Source: an uncultured Solirubrobacterales bacterium (GTDB taxonomy: Bacteria > Actinomycetota > Thermoleophilia > Solirubrobacterales > 70-9). Taken from it: a DNA stretch of 64,000 bases. The DNA lies in the NCBI GenBank assembly GCA_963818205.1, contig CAWFRG010000001.1, forward strand, positions 9,597-73,596, in the 5' to 3' direction. The position numbers and the translations under genes were made by a program. The notes beneath the pieces are model-generated. The model was not told the DNA's origin. It ran no database searches and saw nothing but the letters and a program-made list of their open reading frames with translations. Shown piece by piece: positions 36,197 through 47,166 of this stretch (position 1 is the stretch's first letter; the number at the start of each line of letters is the position of its first letter).

Positions 36197-38410
36197 CTAG
36201 CCGGCGACCGGCGCCCTCTCCTCCGAGCGCGCTGCGTGCACCTTCATCAGTTCGCGCTGGAGGTTCCGGGGCTCGTTTCCGTTGGGCGTGAGCCGCGACC
36301 AGAGCCCGTCGGGCTGGAGCCGCCAGGAGCTGGTGTTGTCGGCGAAAGAGCGGTCGAGGACGTCGCTGAGCTGATCCTTGAGCGCCTCCTCGGTGACCGG
36401 CGCCAGCAGCTCGACCCGCTTGTAGAGGTTGCGGGGCATCAGGTCGGCCGAGCCGATGAAGATCCGCTGCTCGTCGGGTCGCTCGAAGGAGAAGATCCGT
36501 GAGTGCTCGAGGAAGCGATCGACGATCGAGACCACGTTGATGTTCTCCGAGACGCCGGGGACGCCGGGGCGCAGGGCGCAGATGCCGCGGATGTTGAGCT
36601 CGACCGCGACGCCCGCCTGCGAGGCTCGGTAGAGCGCCCGGATACAGGGCGCGTCGAGGAGCGAGTTCATCTTCAGCCGGATCCGCGCCGGGCGCTCAGG
36701 CGAATGCGCCTCGATCGTCCGCTCGATCTCGGTGAGGATCCCCTCCTTCAGGTTGAAGGGCGCGACCAGCACCTTGCGGTAGCCCTCCGGCCTCGCGTAG
36801 CCGGTCAGGTAGTTGAACATCTCGGCGATGTCCTCGCCGATCTCGACGTCGGCGGTGAAGAGGCCGATGTCGGTGTAGAGGCGGGCCGTCTTCGGGTTGT
36901 AGTTGCCGGTGCCGATGTGGATGTAGTGGCGGACGCCGTCGCCCTCGCGGCGGGCGATGAGCACGCACTTGACGTGGGTCTTCAGCCCGGGGATCCCGTA
37001 GACGACGTGAACGCCGGCCTCCTCGAGCGACTTCGCCCAGCGGATGTTGGCGCTCTCGTCGAAGCGCGCCTTCAGCTCCACCAGGCAGACCGCCTGCTTG
37101 CCCCGCTCCGAGGCCTCGATCAGGGCCGGAACCAGCGGCGAGTCGGCGCTGGTCCGGTAGACGGTCTGCTTGATCGCCAGCACATCGGGGTCATCGACCG
37201 CCTGACGGACGAAGCGCTCGACCGAGCCGGCGAATGAGTCGTAGGGGTGGTGGACGAGGATGTCGCCCTTGCGCATCGCCGCCAGCACGTCGACCTCGCG
37301 GTGGGTCTGGCCCTGCTGAAGCTGCGGTGGGGTCACCGGCTGCCACCGCGGATAGCGGAGCTCGCGAAACCCCGGTAGCGAGACGATGTCCATCAGGTCG
37401 TCGAGCCCGAGCAGGCCGGCCTCCTCGTAGACCTGGCGCTCCTCGAGCTTCAGCGCCTCGACCAGCACCCCGCGCAGGCCGGGGTCCATGTCGGGAGCGA
37501 CCTCGATCCGGACCACCTCGCCGAAGCGGCGCCGCCGGACCTCCTCCTCGACCGCCTGGAGGAGATCGTCGGCCTCGTCCGAGACGTCGTAGTCGGTGTC
37601 CCGGGTCACCCGGAAGAGGGACTGGTGAACGATCTCCATCCCCGGGAACAGATCGTCGAGGTTCGCCGTGATCACCTGCTCGAGCGGCACGAAGGTGAGC
37701 CCGTCGCCGATCGAGAGGAAGCGGCGGAGGAGCTCCTTCGGCACCTTCACCCTCGCGGTCACCTCCTCGTCCTTCTCCGGGTTGCGGAGCAGCACCGCGA
37801 TGCTCAGCGAGAGGTTGGAGATGTAGGGGAAGGGCCGGCCGCGGCCGATCACCAGCGGAGTGAGCGCCGGGAACACCTGACGCTGGAAGAGTCGCTCGAT
37901 TTCCTCTCGCTCCTCGGCGCTGGCGTCGCTGAGCGAGATCACCCGGATTCCGTGCTCGGCGAGGCCGGGGCGAAGATCGTCCGAGAAGCAGCGCCCCAGC
38001 CGCTCACGCAGCTCCGCCACCCGGTCGCGAATCCGGTCGATCACCTCGCTCGGCGCCATCCCGTCCGCTCCCCGCGCGTCGATCTTCCCCTCGACCGACT
38101 CATGGAGCCCGGCGACCCGGACCATGAAGAACTCGTCGAGGTTGTCCTCGTAGATCGCGGCGAACTTGAGCCTCTCCAGCAGCGGGAGACGAGGATCCTC
38201 GGCCAGCTGGAGGACACGATCATTGAAGTCGAGCCAGGAGAGCTCGCGGTTGAAGTAGAGGGAGCTGTCGGTGAGATCGGCCTCGGCGCCGCGCTCCGGC
38301 GGGACCCTGGCGGTTACCGCCATCTGTCCGTCGCCGGCAGGTCGCTCCCGCCCGTCGCCCGAGGGCTGCTCGGTGGCTTCGGTGCTTTTCTCAGCGGTTT
38401 CGTCGGTCAT
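36197..38410 (-). CDS. ppk: polyphosphate kinase 1
   Basis: About 737 aa: YFNRELSWLDFNDRVLQLA, FAAIYEDNLDEFFMVRV, two PLD-like HKD regions (LKTHVKCVLIARRE..., FLEHSRIFSF). ATG 38410 was chosen. Confidence 0.95.
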   Translation of the reverse strand: MTDETAEKSTEATEQPSGDGRERPAGDGQMAVTARVPPERGAEADLTDSSLYFNRELSWLDFNDRVLQLAEDPRLPLLERLKFAAIYEDNLDEFFMVRVAGLHESVEGKIDARGADGMAPSEVIDRIRDRVAELRERLGRCFSDDLRPGLAEHGIRVISLSDASAEEREEIERLFQRQVFPALTPLVIGRGRPFPYISNLSLSIAVLLRNPEKDEEVTARVKVPKELLRRFLSIGDGLTFVPLEQVITANLDDLFPGMEIVHQSLFRVTRDTDYDVSDEADDLLQAVEEEVRRRRFGEVVRIEVAPDMDPGLRGVLVEALKLEERQVYEEAGLLGLDDLMDIVSLPGFRELRYPRWQPVTPPQLQQGQTHREVDVLAAMRKGDILVHHPYDSFAGSVERFVRQAVDDPDVLAIKQTVYRTSADSPLVPALIEASERGKQAVCLVELKARFDESANIRWAKSLEEAGVHVVYGIPGLKTHVKCVLIARREGDGVRHYIHIGTGNYNPKTARLYTDIGLFTADVEIGEDIAEMFNYLTGYARPEGYRKVLVAPFNLKEGILTEIERTIEAHSPERPARIRLKMNSLLDAPCIRALYRASQAGVAVELNIRGICALRPGVPGVSENINVVSIVDRFLEHSRIFSFERPDEQRIFIGSADLMPRNLYKRVELLAPVTEEALKDQLSDVLDRSFADNTSSWRLQPDGLWSRLTPNGNEPRNLQRELMKVHAARSEERAPVAG

Positions 38411-38490
38411 CGGCTTTGCCGCCCCTGCCAGGCGTCTGGTCAATGCTAGTGGCACACCAGCAGCGCGGAGCATCGATTCGATCAGCGGCC

Positions 38491-39304
38491 TCAGCAGGTG
38501 GCATCAGCGCGTGCCCGGGGCACCAGCTCGTCGTAGCTGACCGCCCGCCGGGGGCGGGCGCGGCGGAGCAGAGCCTCGATCGCCCGTCGATGCGAGCGGC
38601 GCTCGAAGTCCGCCGGGTGGATGTCGATCCGCATCAGCGGGCCGGGGTGGCGGCCGGCGGCGCCGACCAGCGCCGGCGAGGTGAGGCGCTTGAGCGTGGT
38701 CGAGCTCCCCAGGCAGAGGGCCAGGCTCCTGATCTGAGACTCGCCGCGCAGGTGCACCCCCGAGAGCCCGGCCCACCAGTCGAAGCTGCGCCCCAGCACC
38801 CGCCGCAGCGCGGGGCTGTAGGCATAGGCGGGGGCGACGAAGCCGCGCGCTTCAAGCCCCGCCTCGGCGAGGATCTCCCTGCCCCGGCCGACGGCGGCCT
38901 CGCTCTCCCGCGTTCCGAGGCCCGCGAATTCGGCGCCGTGGCCGCCCCGCAGGTGGGCGAGGAGCGAGCTCGGGCCCCGGACGCGCCCACGGCGGGCGTG
39001 CTCGAGGCCGTGCTGGGCGATCGCATCACCCCTGGCCACCCGCGCCCGGAGCCAGGCCGGCGTCTCTGGAGCATTGGCGATGAAACGCTTCACCGCCCGG
39101 AGCTGGGATCGCCAGCAACGTCGCCCGATCGATTCGCCAGTCGTCGAGCGTCTCCCGGATCGCGACGCAGTCGTCCAGGGTCGCCGGGGTGACGTCGTGG
39201 ATGGCCACAGCGACGCGGTTCACGGCTTCGCCATCAGACGGGTCGCGCTGTCGCGCGCCCTCGCATGACGCTACCTGCAAGGACGAAACCGGCCGATCGC
39301 TCAC
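38491..39304 (-). pseudogene. DUF2334 / polysaccharide-deacetylase-like protein with one frame change near 39060-39095
   Basis: The N-terminal piece VAVAIHDVTPATLDDCVAIRETLDDWRIDRATLLAIPAPGG (ORF 39026..39304) continues in another frame as KRFIANAPETPAWLRARVARGDAIAQHGLEH...FVAPAYAY (ORF 38491..39093). Confidence 0.5.
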
Positions 39305-39315
39305 TTGTCGCGGGC

Positions 39316-40495
39316 CTATGCGACGTGGAGGATGCGGGGACCGGCCTCTTCCTCGAGCGCGGGAGGCTCGAGCAGCGCCCCGTAGCCGTCGGCGAGCTCG
39401 CCCATCGCCGCCTCCCAGGTGCGGGAGCGCGCGGCGGCGATCGCCCGGCGGCCGAGCTTCGCCCGCCAGGCGGGGGCGTCGGCCATCTGAAGAACGGCGG
39501 CGGCGAGGATCTCCGGGTCGGGCTCGCAGAGGCGGCCGGTCTCCCCGTCGATCACGATCGAGGTCGGACCGCCCTCGGCGACCGCGACGGCCGGGACGCC
39601 GCTGGCACCGGCCTCGACCAGGACCTGGCCGAAGGTATCGGTGCGGCTGCAGAAGAGGAAGATGTCGGCGCTCGCGTAGGCCCGGGGAAGGTCATCGCCA
39701 CCGAGCCAGCCGAGGAAGGTCGCCGAGTCGCCGAGTCGCTCGCGCAGCACCTCCTCCTCGGGCCCGCCGCCGGCCAGCAGCAGGTGCAGCCTCGGGTCGG
39801 CCTCGCGCGCGCGAAGGAAGGAATTGGCGAGCAAGTCGATTCCCTTCTCCTTGGTGAGGCGGCCCGCGTAGAGCACCTTGACCTCGCCGGGGTAGGCGTC
39901 GGCCTGGGAGAGGGCGGGATCGAAGCGAGCGGTGTCAACGCCGCGGCCCCAGCGCCCGATCCGGTCGCGCTCGACGCCGAGGCGGGCGAGCGAGTCGTCG
40001 CTTGCCGGGCTCGGCGAGAGGACGCGGCCGCACTGGCGATAGAAGAGCGAGAGGGCGATCTGCATGCCCCGCTCCAGCTCGGGCGAGGCCGAGCGCATTC
40101 CCGCGTAGACGCCGAGCTCGGTGTGCCAGCTGCCGAGCAGCGGCAGCTCCATGATCCGCGCGATCAGGGTGGCGACCACGCCGGCCGGGCCGGGTGCGGT
40201 GACGTGGACGAGCTCGAAGCGGCCCTCCGCCAGCACCTCGACCATCCCGGGGAGGCTGGGAATCCCGATCTCGAGCCCGGCGTAGAAGGGGATCTCGACC
40301 TCGGCGACCGCGGGCAGCCGCAGGTCGACCTCGCGGTCGGTGCCGATCACCTCGACCTCGTAGCCGGGGACGCCGAGCTCGCGGATCTCGCTCGATCGTG
40401 TGGCTCACCCCGTGGACGCCGCCGATCGCGTCGGCGATCAGCGCGATCCGCTTCGGACCCTCGACCGGGTTGAGCTTCGCCTTTTCCTTCCCCAA
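39316..40495 (-). pseudogene. GT4-family glycosyltransferase with one frame change near 40385-40392
   Basis: KRIALIADAIGGVHGVSHTIE (one frame), then EIRELGVPGYEVEVIGTDREVDL...LVHVTAPGPAG...LYAGRLTKEKGIDLL...LFCSRTDTFGQVLVEAGASGVPAVA (EX7E-type GT-B C-domain). TTG start at 40495 is tentative. Confidence 0.7.
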
Positions 40496-40585
40496 GAAAG
40501 CGGCTGCCGGTGCATACGGGACGGCCGGGATCGCGGCTCGAAGAGCTCGCGGCCGGTCTCCACCGCGCGGGCGGCAAGATCCTCT

Positions 40586-41669
40586 CATCGCCCTCGCTTC
40601 GAAGCCTCGACGGTCCGCTCGACCACCTCGCGCAGACGGCGATCATGGGCGCGGCGGGCGCGGCGGGCCAGCTCGGCATGGCTGAACTCGTCGTCCTGCA
40701 TGTAGGTCGACCAGGGCGCGGCCGCGCATCTCGCAGGCCGACCGAGTCGACGAAGGCGTCGAGGAGGGCGCGGGCGTCTTCGGGGCCGAGGTCGCCGGCG
40801 ACCGCCCCTTGCGGACGTTGCCCTCGCTCATCACCCGCTCGGCCATCTTCAGGACCGCGTCGGGATCCGTCATCTCGCAGTCCTCGGCCGCTCGGCAGCG
40901 GGCTTCCATCAGGGCAGCCGCCGGCGCTCGCGTCCTTGAGAAGAGCGCCCGGGTAGAGAGGGCCATCGCCGCGTGCGCCCACTTGGCGGCGCTCCCCTGC
41001 TCGCCGCGCGCCTCGGCGCGACCCTCGCGGACGTGGCGCAGAAACTCTTCCGGCGTGGCCGAGGGCGGGGTCTCGGTGAAGGTCCGCCCGATGTCCACGC
41101 CGGCGTGATCGTCGGAGCCGCCGGTGCCGGTGCCGCCGTGGGTCTCGATGTAGATCGCGGCGGGCATGTTGAGCTCGCGGGCGCGGGAGCCGTTGCGGGT
41201 CTCCCAGACGGGGAAGAGCTCGGCCAGGCGGCGGCGGTGCGCGCGGCGGTCAGCGGCGCCTCGACGGCATAGAAGGGATGTGCGAGCGAGCAGGCAATCT
41301 CGATCGGAGTGCAGGTACTCGGCGCAGGCCTCGAGATCGCGAGCGTTCTCCTGAAGCCAGCTCGTGATCGTCGGGGGTGATGCCGAGGCAGAGGACGTGG
41401 ACGGCCTGGGGCTCGCCGCGGAACCAGGCGGTGAGCTCTTCGGAGATGAAGACGTCGGGCGCATCGGCGATCTCGAGGCAGCCGGCGATCGTGTCGTGAT
41501 CGGTGATCGTCACGAACTCCATCCCGCGCCGCTTGGCGAGCTCGTAGACCTCCTCGGGAGGCGTCGCGCACTCCGGCAGCCCGAGGCTGCGCTGGATCCC
41601 CAGCTTCGAGATCTCAGAGGCGGTCGAGTGACAGTGCAGATCCACCCGATTGGTGGCAATCGGGTTCAT
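40586..41669 (-). pseudogene. PHP (polymerase/histidinol phosphatase) domain protein with at least five frame changes
   Basis: MNPIATNRVDLHCHSTASE...FVTITDHDTIAG...VHVLCLGITPDDHE, then pieces spread over all three frames: WLQENARDLEACAEYLHSDR / IACSLAHPFYAVEAPLTAA / HRRRLAELFPVWETRNG...GGSDDHAG... / AVAGDLGPEDARALLDAFVDSVGL / YMQDDEFSHAELARRARRAHDRRLREVVE. Confidence 0.65.
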
Positions 41670-41912
41670 CTGGCCTCCCCGTGGATTGGCTCCCATTTCA
41701 CTGCCAAGGGTGCGCGATTGCAGGCGAAAACCGGTTACCGGGTGGTCAACCGTGCGTAAAGAGGTCGTGAAGTGCGGCGCTGCCAGACTGGCTCAATCGC
41801 CGTGATGTCCGGGAGAGGAACGGAGGACGCGCTCGCGCTCGCCCGCGACCGGCTCGCTCTCGCACTCGGCGCCGCCGGCCCTCGTGCTCACTGTCGCGAG
41901 GGATGACCGCGC

Positions 41913-44087
41913 GTGGCTCCGGCGCTGGAGCTGTGGGCCTGCCCGGCGACCGCACGGGACGAGCTGATCACCCTCACCGAGGGCGTCCTCCCCCACGAGG
42001 AGCGCGGCCCGCCGGAGCCCATCGAGATCGCCGCCGCTCAGCGGACCGGCGAGACGATCGAGCTGGAGGCGAGCTCGGCCTCGCCCCCGGGTCGCCGCCC
42101 GGATCTCGACCCCGGCGCCCGACCGGGTGCTGATCGAGCTCGAGCCCCTCGAAGGCCGGCCACTCCGCCTCGGCGCGCGCTGGCCGCTGGCCGAGGGAGA
42201 GCGCCTCACCGGCCTCGGGGCGCGGCACGGCCTTCACTTCGACCAGCGCGGCCGCGCAGGTGGCCCTCGGCGCCGACCGGCGCTACACCGGCCCCGACTG
42301 CCCGCCCGAGTTCCTCGAGGACGGGGGGATCCCGCAGGGCGACTACGCCCCGGTGCCCTGGCTGCTCTCCTCGGCGGGGTGGTCCGCCTGGCTCGAGACC
42401 TCGGGGCCCGGAGTCGAGGCCGACCTCGCGCGAGGACCGTGCCTCCCTCTCACTCCGGGTGGCCGCCGGCCCGCTCCGCCTTCACCTCTTCTGCCAACCC
42501 ACCCCGGCGGCCCGCCTGCGGGCCTTCGTCGTGAGACCGGCCGGCCGGCGATCCTGCCCGAGTGGGCCTACGGGCACTGGAAGAGCCGCGACGTCTACGA
42601 GCACCAGGAGGACGTCGAGGACGACTGGCGGGGGTACCGCGACAACGAGCTGCCACTCGACGCGATCGTCATCGACTCTCCGTGGGAGACCCAGTACAAC
42701 ACCTGGCGGTTCAACCCCCACCAGTTCCCCGATGCCCCCGGGCTGGTCCGGGGGATGCGCGACGATGGCGTGCGGACGGTGGTCTGGGTGACGCCCTGGG
42801 TCAACCTCGAGTCGATCGACGGCCAGCGCCCGCCCGACACCGCCTCGGAGAAGCTGCATCGCGAGCCCGCGGAGAACTACGCCGAGGGCGCCGAGGCGGG
42901 CCACTATGTCCGCGCCGCCGACGGCGGGCCCACGTGGGGCGCTGGTGGATGGGGACCGGCTCGATCGTCGACTTCACCTCCGACGGGGCCCGGAAGTGGT
43001 GGCGGGACCTGGCCCGGAACGTGTTCGAGCTCGGGGTCGAGGGGGTCAAGGCGGACGACGGCGAGGGCTACTACTTTCCGCCGGACTTCGCTGCTCGCCG
43101 ACGGCCGCAATGGCGCTCGAGTTCGCCTGGGAGTACGGGCGGCTCTACCGAGAGACCACCCAGAGAGGCCCTCGACGAGGTCCACGGCGACGGCCGGGGG
43201 GTTGTCTTCGGGCGCTCGGGCTGGTCCGGCCAGCAGGCGGTGGGGATGCTCTGGGGCGGAGACCAGGCCTCCGACTTCTGGTCGATGCGGGCTCTGGTCG
43301 CCTCCCTGCTGACCGCCGCCGCCAGCGGCTTCTCCAACCTCTCGCACGACGTCGGCGGCTACCTGGGGCGCGCGGCTCGCCGAGCGCTGCGAGCCCGAGC
43401 TGCTGGTTCGCTGGGCCCAGCTCGGGGCGCTGTCGCCGCTGATGCAGGCTCACGGCCGCTTCCAGCAGGAGGCCTGGACCTACGACCAGCGCGGTGCTCG
43501 ACCTCTACCGGGAGGCCGTCCTCCTGCACGAGCGGCTGGTCCCCTACATCCGGGCGGCGGCGGCGACCGCCCGGCGCAGCGGGCTGCCGATCATGCGGCC
43601 GCTCTGCCTCGCCGATCCCGGCGACCCGGAAGGCTGGGCGATCGCCGACTGCTTTCTCTTCGGGCCGGCCCTCTGGGTAGCGCCGGTGCTCGACGAGGGG
43701 GCGGTGGAACGGCGCACCTACCTGCCGCGGGGGGACTGGATCTGCTGGTGGAGCGGCGAGCGGCTCGAGGGCGGCCGCTGGATCGAGGCGGAGGCGCCGC
43801 TCGAGCGGATCCCGCTCTGGGTGCGAGCCGGCTCGATCGTCGTCACCTACCCGGAATCCGAGATCGCCCGCGGGCTCGGCGAGGACGACCCGCTCAGGCC
43901 CTGGAAGCGACGCTCTGGGGCGAGCCCCGGCTCGGCCACACCGCCGCCCGGCTCGCCGACGGAAGCCGGATCAGTTGGCGTCCGCGGCATCGTTTCAGCC
44001 ACTCCGGCGATGGAACGGTGGGTCAGTTGGAGGGGCGGCGACTGGTCCGCCGAGCCCGAGCGCCGGGTCGCCTTCGAGAGGCGCTGA
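41913..44087 (+). pseudogene. glycoside hydrolase family 31 (alpha-glucosidase/xylosidase-like) with at least six frame changes
   Basis: Recognisable pieces lie in three frames: PEWAYGHWKSRDVYEHQEDVEDDWRGYRDNELPLDAIVIDSPWETQYNTWRFN, VWVTPWVN, FTSDGARKWWRDL...GVEGVKADDGEG, VVFGRSGWSGQQAVGMLWGGDQASDFWSMRALV...SHDVGGY, LLHERLVPYIRAAA...LPRGDWICWWSGE. Confidence 0.7.
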
Positions 44088-44765
44088 GCCGGGCGCGGTC
44101 CTTCTCCTGCTCGGCACGCTCTGCGCGAGCGGCGGCTTCCTGGCGGGCTTGTTCGGCGGCCTCCAGCCGCTCCTGCGCCTTCGCGGCCTGCTTGGCCGCC
44201 CGCCGCGCCTCTCGGGCGCGATCGAGAGACTTTCCACCGACCGCTCGAGGCGCGGCCAGGTGCCGGTCTCCTCCTGGCGGCGCCAGAAGGCGACGAAGCG
44301 GTCGGAGAGCAGCTGGCGCCGCGCCTCCAGGTAGACGGCGAGCACGTCGAGCCCGCGATAGGCGGTCCGGTGGGGCGACTGGGCGGCGAGGCGCGGATCG
44401 AGGTCGGGGGTCTCCCCCGCCTTCTTCCGGACAACCTGGGCGTCGGCTCGCTGCAGCTCCTTCAGGTGCCGGCGGACGCGAGGGAGCATCACGTCGCAGT
44501 CGTGGATCTCCCCGAGGATGTCCTGGAGGTCCCGGGCCCGGCGGCGGGCGGTGTCGGCCGGACGGCCGAAGCAGAACCCCGTGACCTCGAGCACGTAGCG
44601 CAACCGCTTGGCGGCGATCCGCATGTCGTGCTGGTCCTTGGTCCGGCCCTCCAAGGCCTTGGGGGCGAAGGAGAGCATCTCGTCGAGCCGCACCTGGATG
44701 ATCCGGGCGGCGTTCTCACCGAGCGCCCGGCTCGGGTCGAGCTTCTTCACCGGGCGCGCCTTCAC
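43995..44765 (-). CDS. CHAD domain protein (second half-domain); the C-terminus is probably frameshifted
   Basis: DQHDMRIAAKRLRYVLEVTGFCFG...DLQDILGEIHDCDV. After about 44215 the printed frame turns Pro/Arg-rich, whereas the neighbouring frame reads ARRAAKQAAKAQERLEAAEQARQEAAARAERAEQEKDRAR. Confidence 0.7.
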   Translation of the reverse strand: MKARPVKKLDPSRALGENAARIIQVRLDEMLSFAPKALEGRTKDQHDMRIAAKRLRYVLEVTGFCFGRPADTARRRARDLQDILGEIHDCDVMLPRVRRHLKELQRADAQVVRKKAGETPDLDPRLAAQSPHRTAYRGLDVLAVYLEARRQLLSDRFVAFWRRQEETGTWPRLERSVESLSIAPERRGGRPSRPRRRRSGWRPPNKPARKPPLAQSVPSRRRTAPGSAPLEGDPALGLGGPVAAPPTDPPFHRRSG

Positions 44766-45247
44766 ACCCTCTCCTCCCGCGCTGCGGCGACCAGCTCGTT
44801 GAGGCTCTCGCGGATCGCGGTCAGGTTCTGCTCCTCGACCAGCGGCGCGAGCGCCAGATTCGCCTCCGCCTGCTCCTCGCGGAGGCGCTCGATCAAGGAG
44901 GAGATCCCGCGCCGGTCCGGCGCCGCCATCTGGTCGTTGAAGCCGTGCATCGCGGAGATCGCCACGTCTCGGTCGCGGCGCTCGCCGAGGCCATCGGCCA
45001 GCCGTTTGACCTCACCCAGCGCCCGCGCGTAGGGCTTCCGGGGGAAGCACGGCTCGAACACCTCGAGGGCGGCGCGGAGGCGCCTGGTGGCAACCCGCAT
45101 GTCGTGGACGCGCTCGATATCGCCGGTGTCGAGCACGCCGCGAGCGTGCGCCGTGAGCTCGCCGGAGCGGACCGAGATGATCTTTGCGGCCGCCTCGGCG
45201 TAGCTGTCGTCGGCGGAGAGATCGTTGATCGGCTTCGGCTTCGCCAT
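44762..45247 (-). CDS. CHAD domain protein (first half-domain)
   Basis: ERVHDMRVATRRLRAALEVFEPCF...LGERRDRDV. The stop overlaps the next start (GTGA at 44762-44765). Confidence 0.7.
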   Translation of the reverse strand: MAKPKPINDLSADDSYAEAAAKIISVRSGELTAHARGVLDTGDIERVHDMRVATRRLRAALEVFEPCFPRKPYARALGEVKRLADGLGERRDRDVAISAMHGFNDQMAAPDRRGISSLIERLREEQAEANLALAPLVEEQNLTAIRESLNELVAAAREERV

Positions 45248-45305
45248 CGGCCGTGAACCCTAACGGGCGGAGTTCCGGCTTAGCTAGGATCGGGCCGAGC
45301 CCGGG

Positions 45306-46295
45306 ATGAGCTCACCTTCCACACTCGCGGTCGAGGCCTCAGGCCTCGAGAAGTCGTTCGGCGACACCCTCGCCGTCGACGGCATCGATCTCGCCGTTCG
45401 GCGCGGCTCCGTCTACGGCGTCCTCGGCCCGAACGGCGCCGGGAAGACGACGACGATCCGGATGCTCGCGACCCTGCTGCGCCCCGACGCAGGCACTGCG
45501 CGGGTGCTCGGCTACGACATCGTCGAGGAGGCCGACGAGGTACGGGGCGCAGTCAGCCTCACCGGTCAGCTCGCCTCTGTCGACGAGGAACTGACCGGGC
45601 GCGAGAACCTGGTCCTGATCGCGCGCCTGCTGGGCCTGCAGCGGGCCCCGGCCAAGGAGCGTGCGACGGAGCTGCTCGAGGCCTTCGGCCTCGCCGAGGC
45701 GGCGGGCCGGCTGGTTAAGAACTACTCCGGTGGGATGCGCCGCCGGCTCGACATCGCCGCCAGCATCGTCGTCACCCCCGAGCTGATGTTCCTCGACGAG
45801 CCGACGACCGGGCTCGACCCGCGCTCGCGCAACCAGGTCTGGGGCATCATCCGGGCGCTCGTCGCCGAGGGAACGACGATCCTGCTCTGCACCCAGTACC
45901 TCGACGAGGCCGACCAGCTCGCCGATGGGATCGCCGTGATCGACCATGGCAAGGTGATCGCGGAGGGAACACCGGCCCAGCTCAAGGCCTCGGTCGGCTC
46001 CGGGGCCCTCCACGTGCGGCTGCTCGATCCCGACCAGCGGCCCGAGGCCGAGCGCGTCCTCGAGCGCGAGCTGGACAGCATCTACCTGGAGCCCGATCCG
46101 GCGGCGCTCTCGGCTCAGTGCGCCGACTCCGATCGGGCCGCCGAGGCGATCGCCGCTCTCGCTCGATCCGGGATCACGGTCGCCGGCTTCTCCCTCGGCC
46201 AGCCGAGTCTCGACGAGGTCTTCCTCGCCCTCACCGGGCACCCGGCCGAGGAGGAGACGCCGGAGGAAGCTGTCGACGAGGAGCGGGCCGCATGA
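45306..46295 (+). CDS. daunorubicin-resistance-type (DrrA-like) ABC transporter ATP-binding protein
   Basis: [38 protein letters not shown], plus a C-terminal regulatory extension. Confidence 0.9.
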   Translation: MSSPSTLAVEASGLEKSFGDTLAVDGIDLAVRRGSVYGVLGPNGAGKTTTIRMLATLLRPDAGTARVLGYDIVEEADEVRGAVSLTGQLASVDEELTGRENLVLIARLLGLQRAPAKERATELLEAFGLAEAAGRLVKNYSGGMRRRLDIAASIVVTPELMFLDEPTTGLDPRSRNQVWGIIRALVAEGTTILLCTQYLDEADQLADGIAVIDHGKVIAEGTPAQLKASVGSGALHVRLLDPDQRPEAERVLERELDSIYLEPDPAALSAQCADSDRAAEAIAALARSGITVAGFSLGQPSLDEVFLALTGHPAEEETPEEAVDEERAA

Positions 46296-47146
46296 GTACG
46301 CCCCCTACCACCCGACCGCTCGCCGAGTCCGCCGCCGAGGAGGAGGCACTGCGCAAGGCGCTGTCCTCCGCCCCTCGCCCGCCGCGGGCGAGCGCCGCTT
46401 CGGCGGCGCTGACCTTTGGCTGGCGCGGAATGCTGAAGGTCAAGCACGTCCCCGAGCAGCTCGTCGACGTCACGATCACGCCGGTGCTGTTCGTGGTGAT
46501 GTTCACCTATATCTTCGGCGGCGCGATCGCCGGGTCGACGGGCGACTACCTGGACTACATCCTCCCCGGAATCCTGGTGATGTCGGTCCTGTTCACGACC
46601 GTGTACTCGGGCGTTGCGCTGAACACGGACCTGACCAAGGGTGTCGTCGACCGCTTTCGCTCGCTGCCGATCTGGCGGCCGGCGCCACTGGTCGGATCCC
46701 TGCTCGGCGACAGCGTCCGCTACCTGGTCGGCGGAACCGTGATCATCGTCCTCGGTGTGGTCCTGGGCTTCCGCCCGGACGCCGGGGTCCCCGGGGTGAT
46801 CGCGGCGCTGGCGCTGGTGGTCGTCTTCGCCTTCGGCCTCTCCTGGGTCTTCATGACCATGGGCCTCCTCCTGCGTTCACCAAACGCCGTGATGAACGCC
46901 GGCTTCATGAGCATCTTCCCGCTCACCTTCCTCAGCAATGTGTTCGTCGAGCCGGACACCCTGCCAAGCGCGCTCGAGGCATTCGTGAACGTCAATCCGG
47001 TCTCCGTCCTCGCAACCGCGTCGCGTGGACTGATGCAGGGAGGCGTGGAGGCCGGAGACATCGGCATCGTCCTCGCCACGGCCGCTGGACTGACCGCGGT
47101 CTTCGCGCCCCTCACCACCCACCTCTACCGCACCAGAAGCGCCTAG
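46292..47146 (+). CDS. ABC-2 type (DrrB-like) transporter permease
   Basis: ATGA overlap with the ATPase gene. Six TM segments; [36 protein letters not shown]. Confidence 0.85.
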   Translation: MSTPPTTRPLAESAAEEEALRKALSSAPRPPRASAASAALTFGWRGMLKVKHVPEQLVDVTITPVLFVVMFTYIFGGAIAGSTGDYLDYILPGILVMSVLFTTVYSGVALNTDLTKGVVDRFRSLPIWRPAPLVGSLLGDSVRYLVGGTVIIVLGVVLGFRPDAGVPGVIAALALVVVFAFGLSWVFMTMGLLLRSPNAVMNAGFMSIFPLTFLSNVFVEPDTLPSALEAFVNVNPVSVLATASRGLMQGGVEAGDIGIVLATAAGLTAVFAPLTTHLYRTRSA

Positions 47147-47166
47147 GCGAGGATCAGTCGGAGCCG

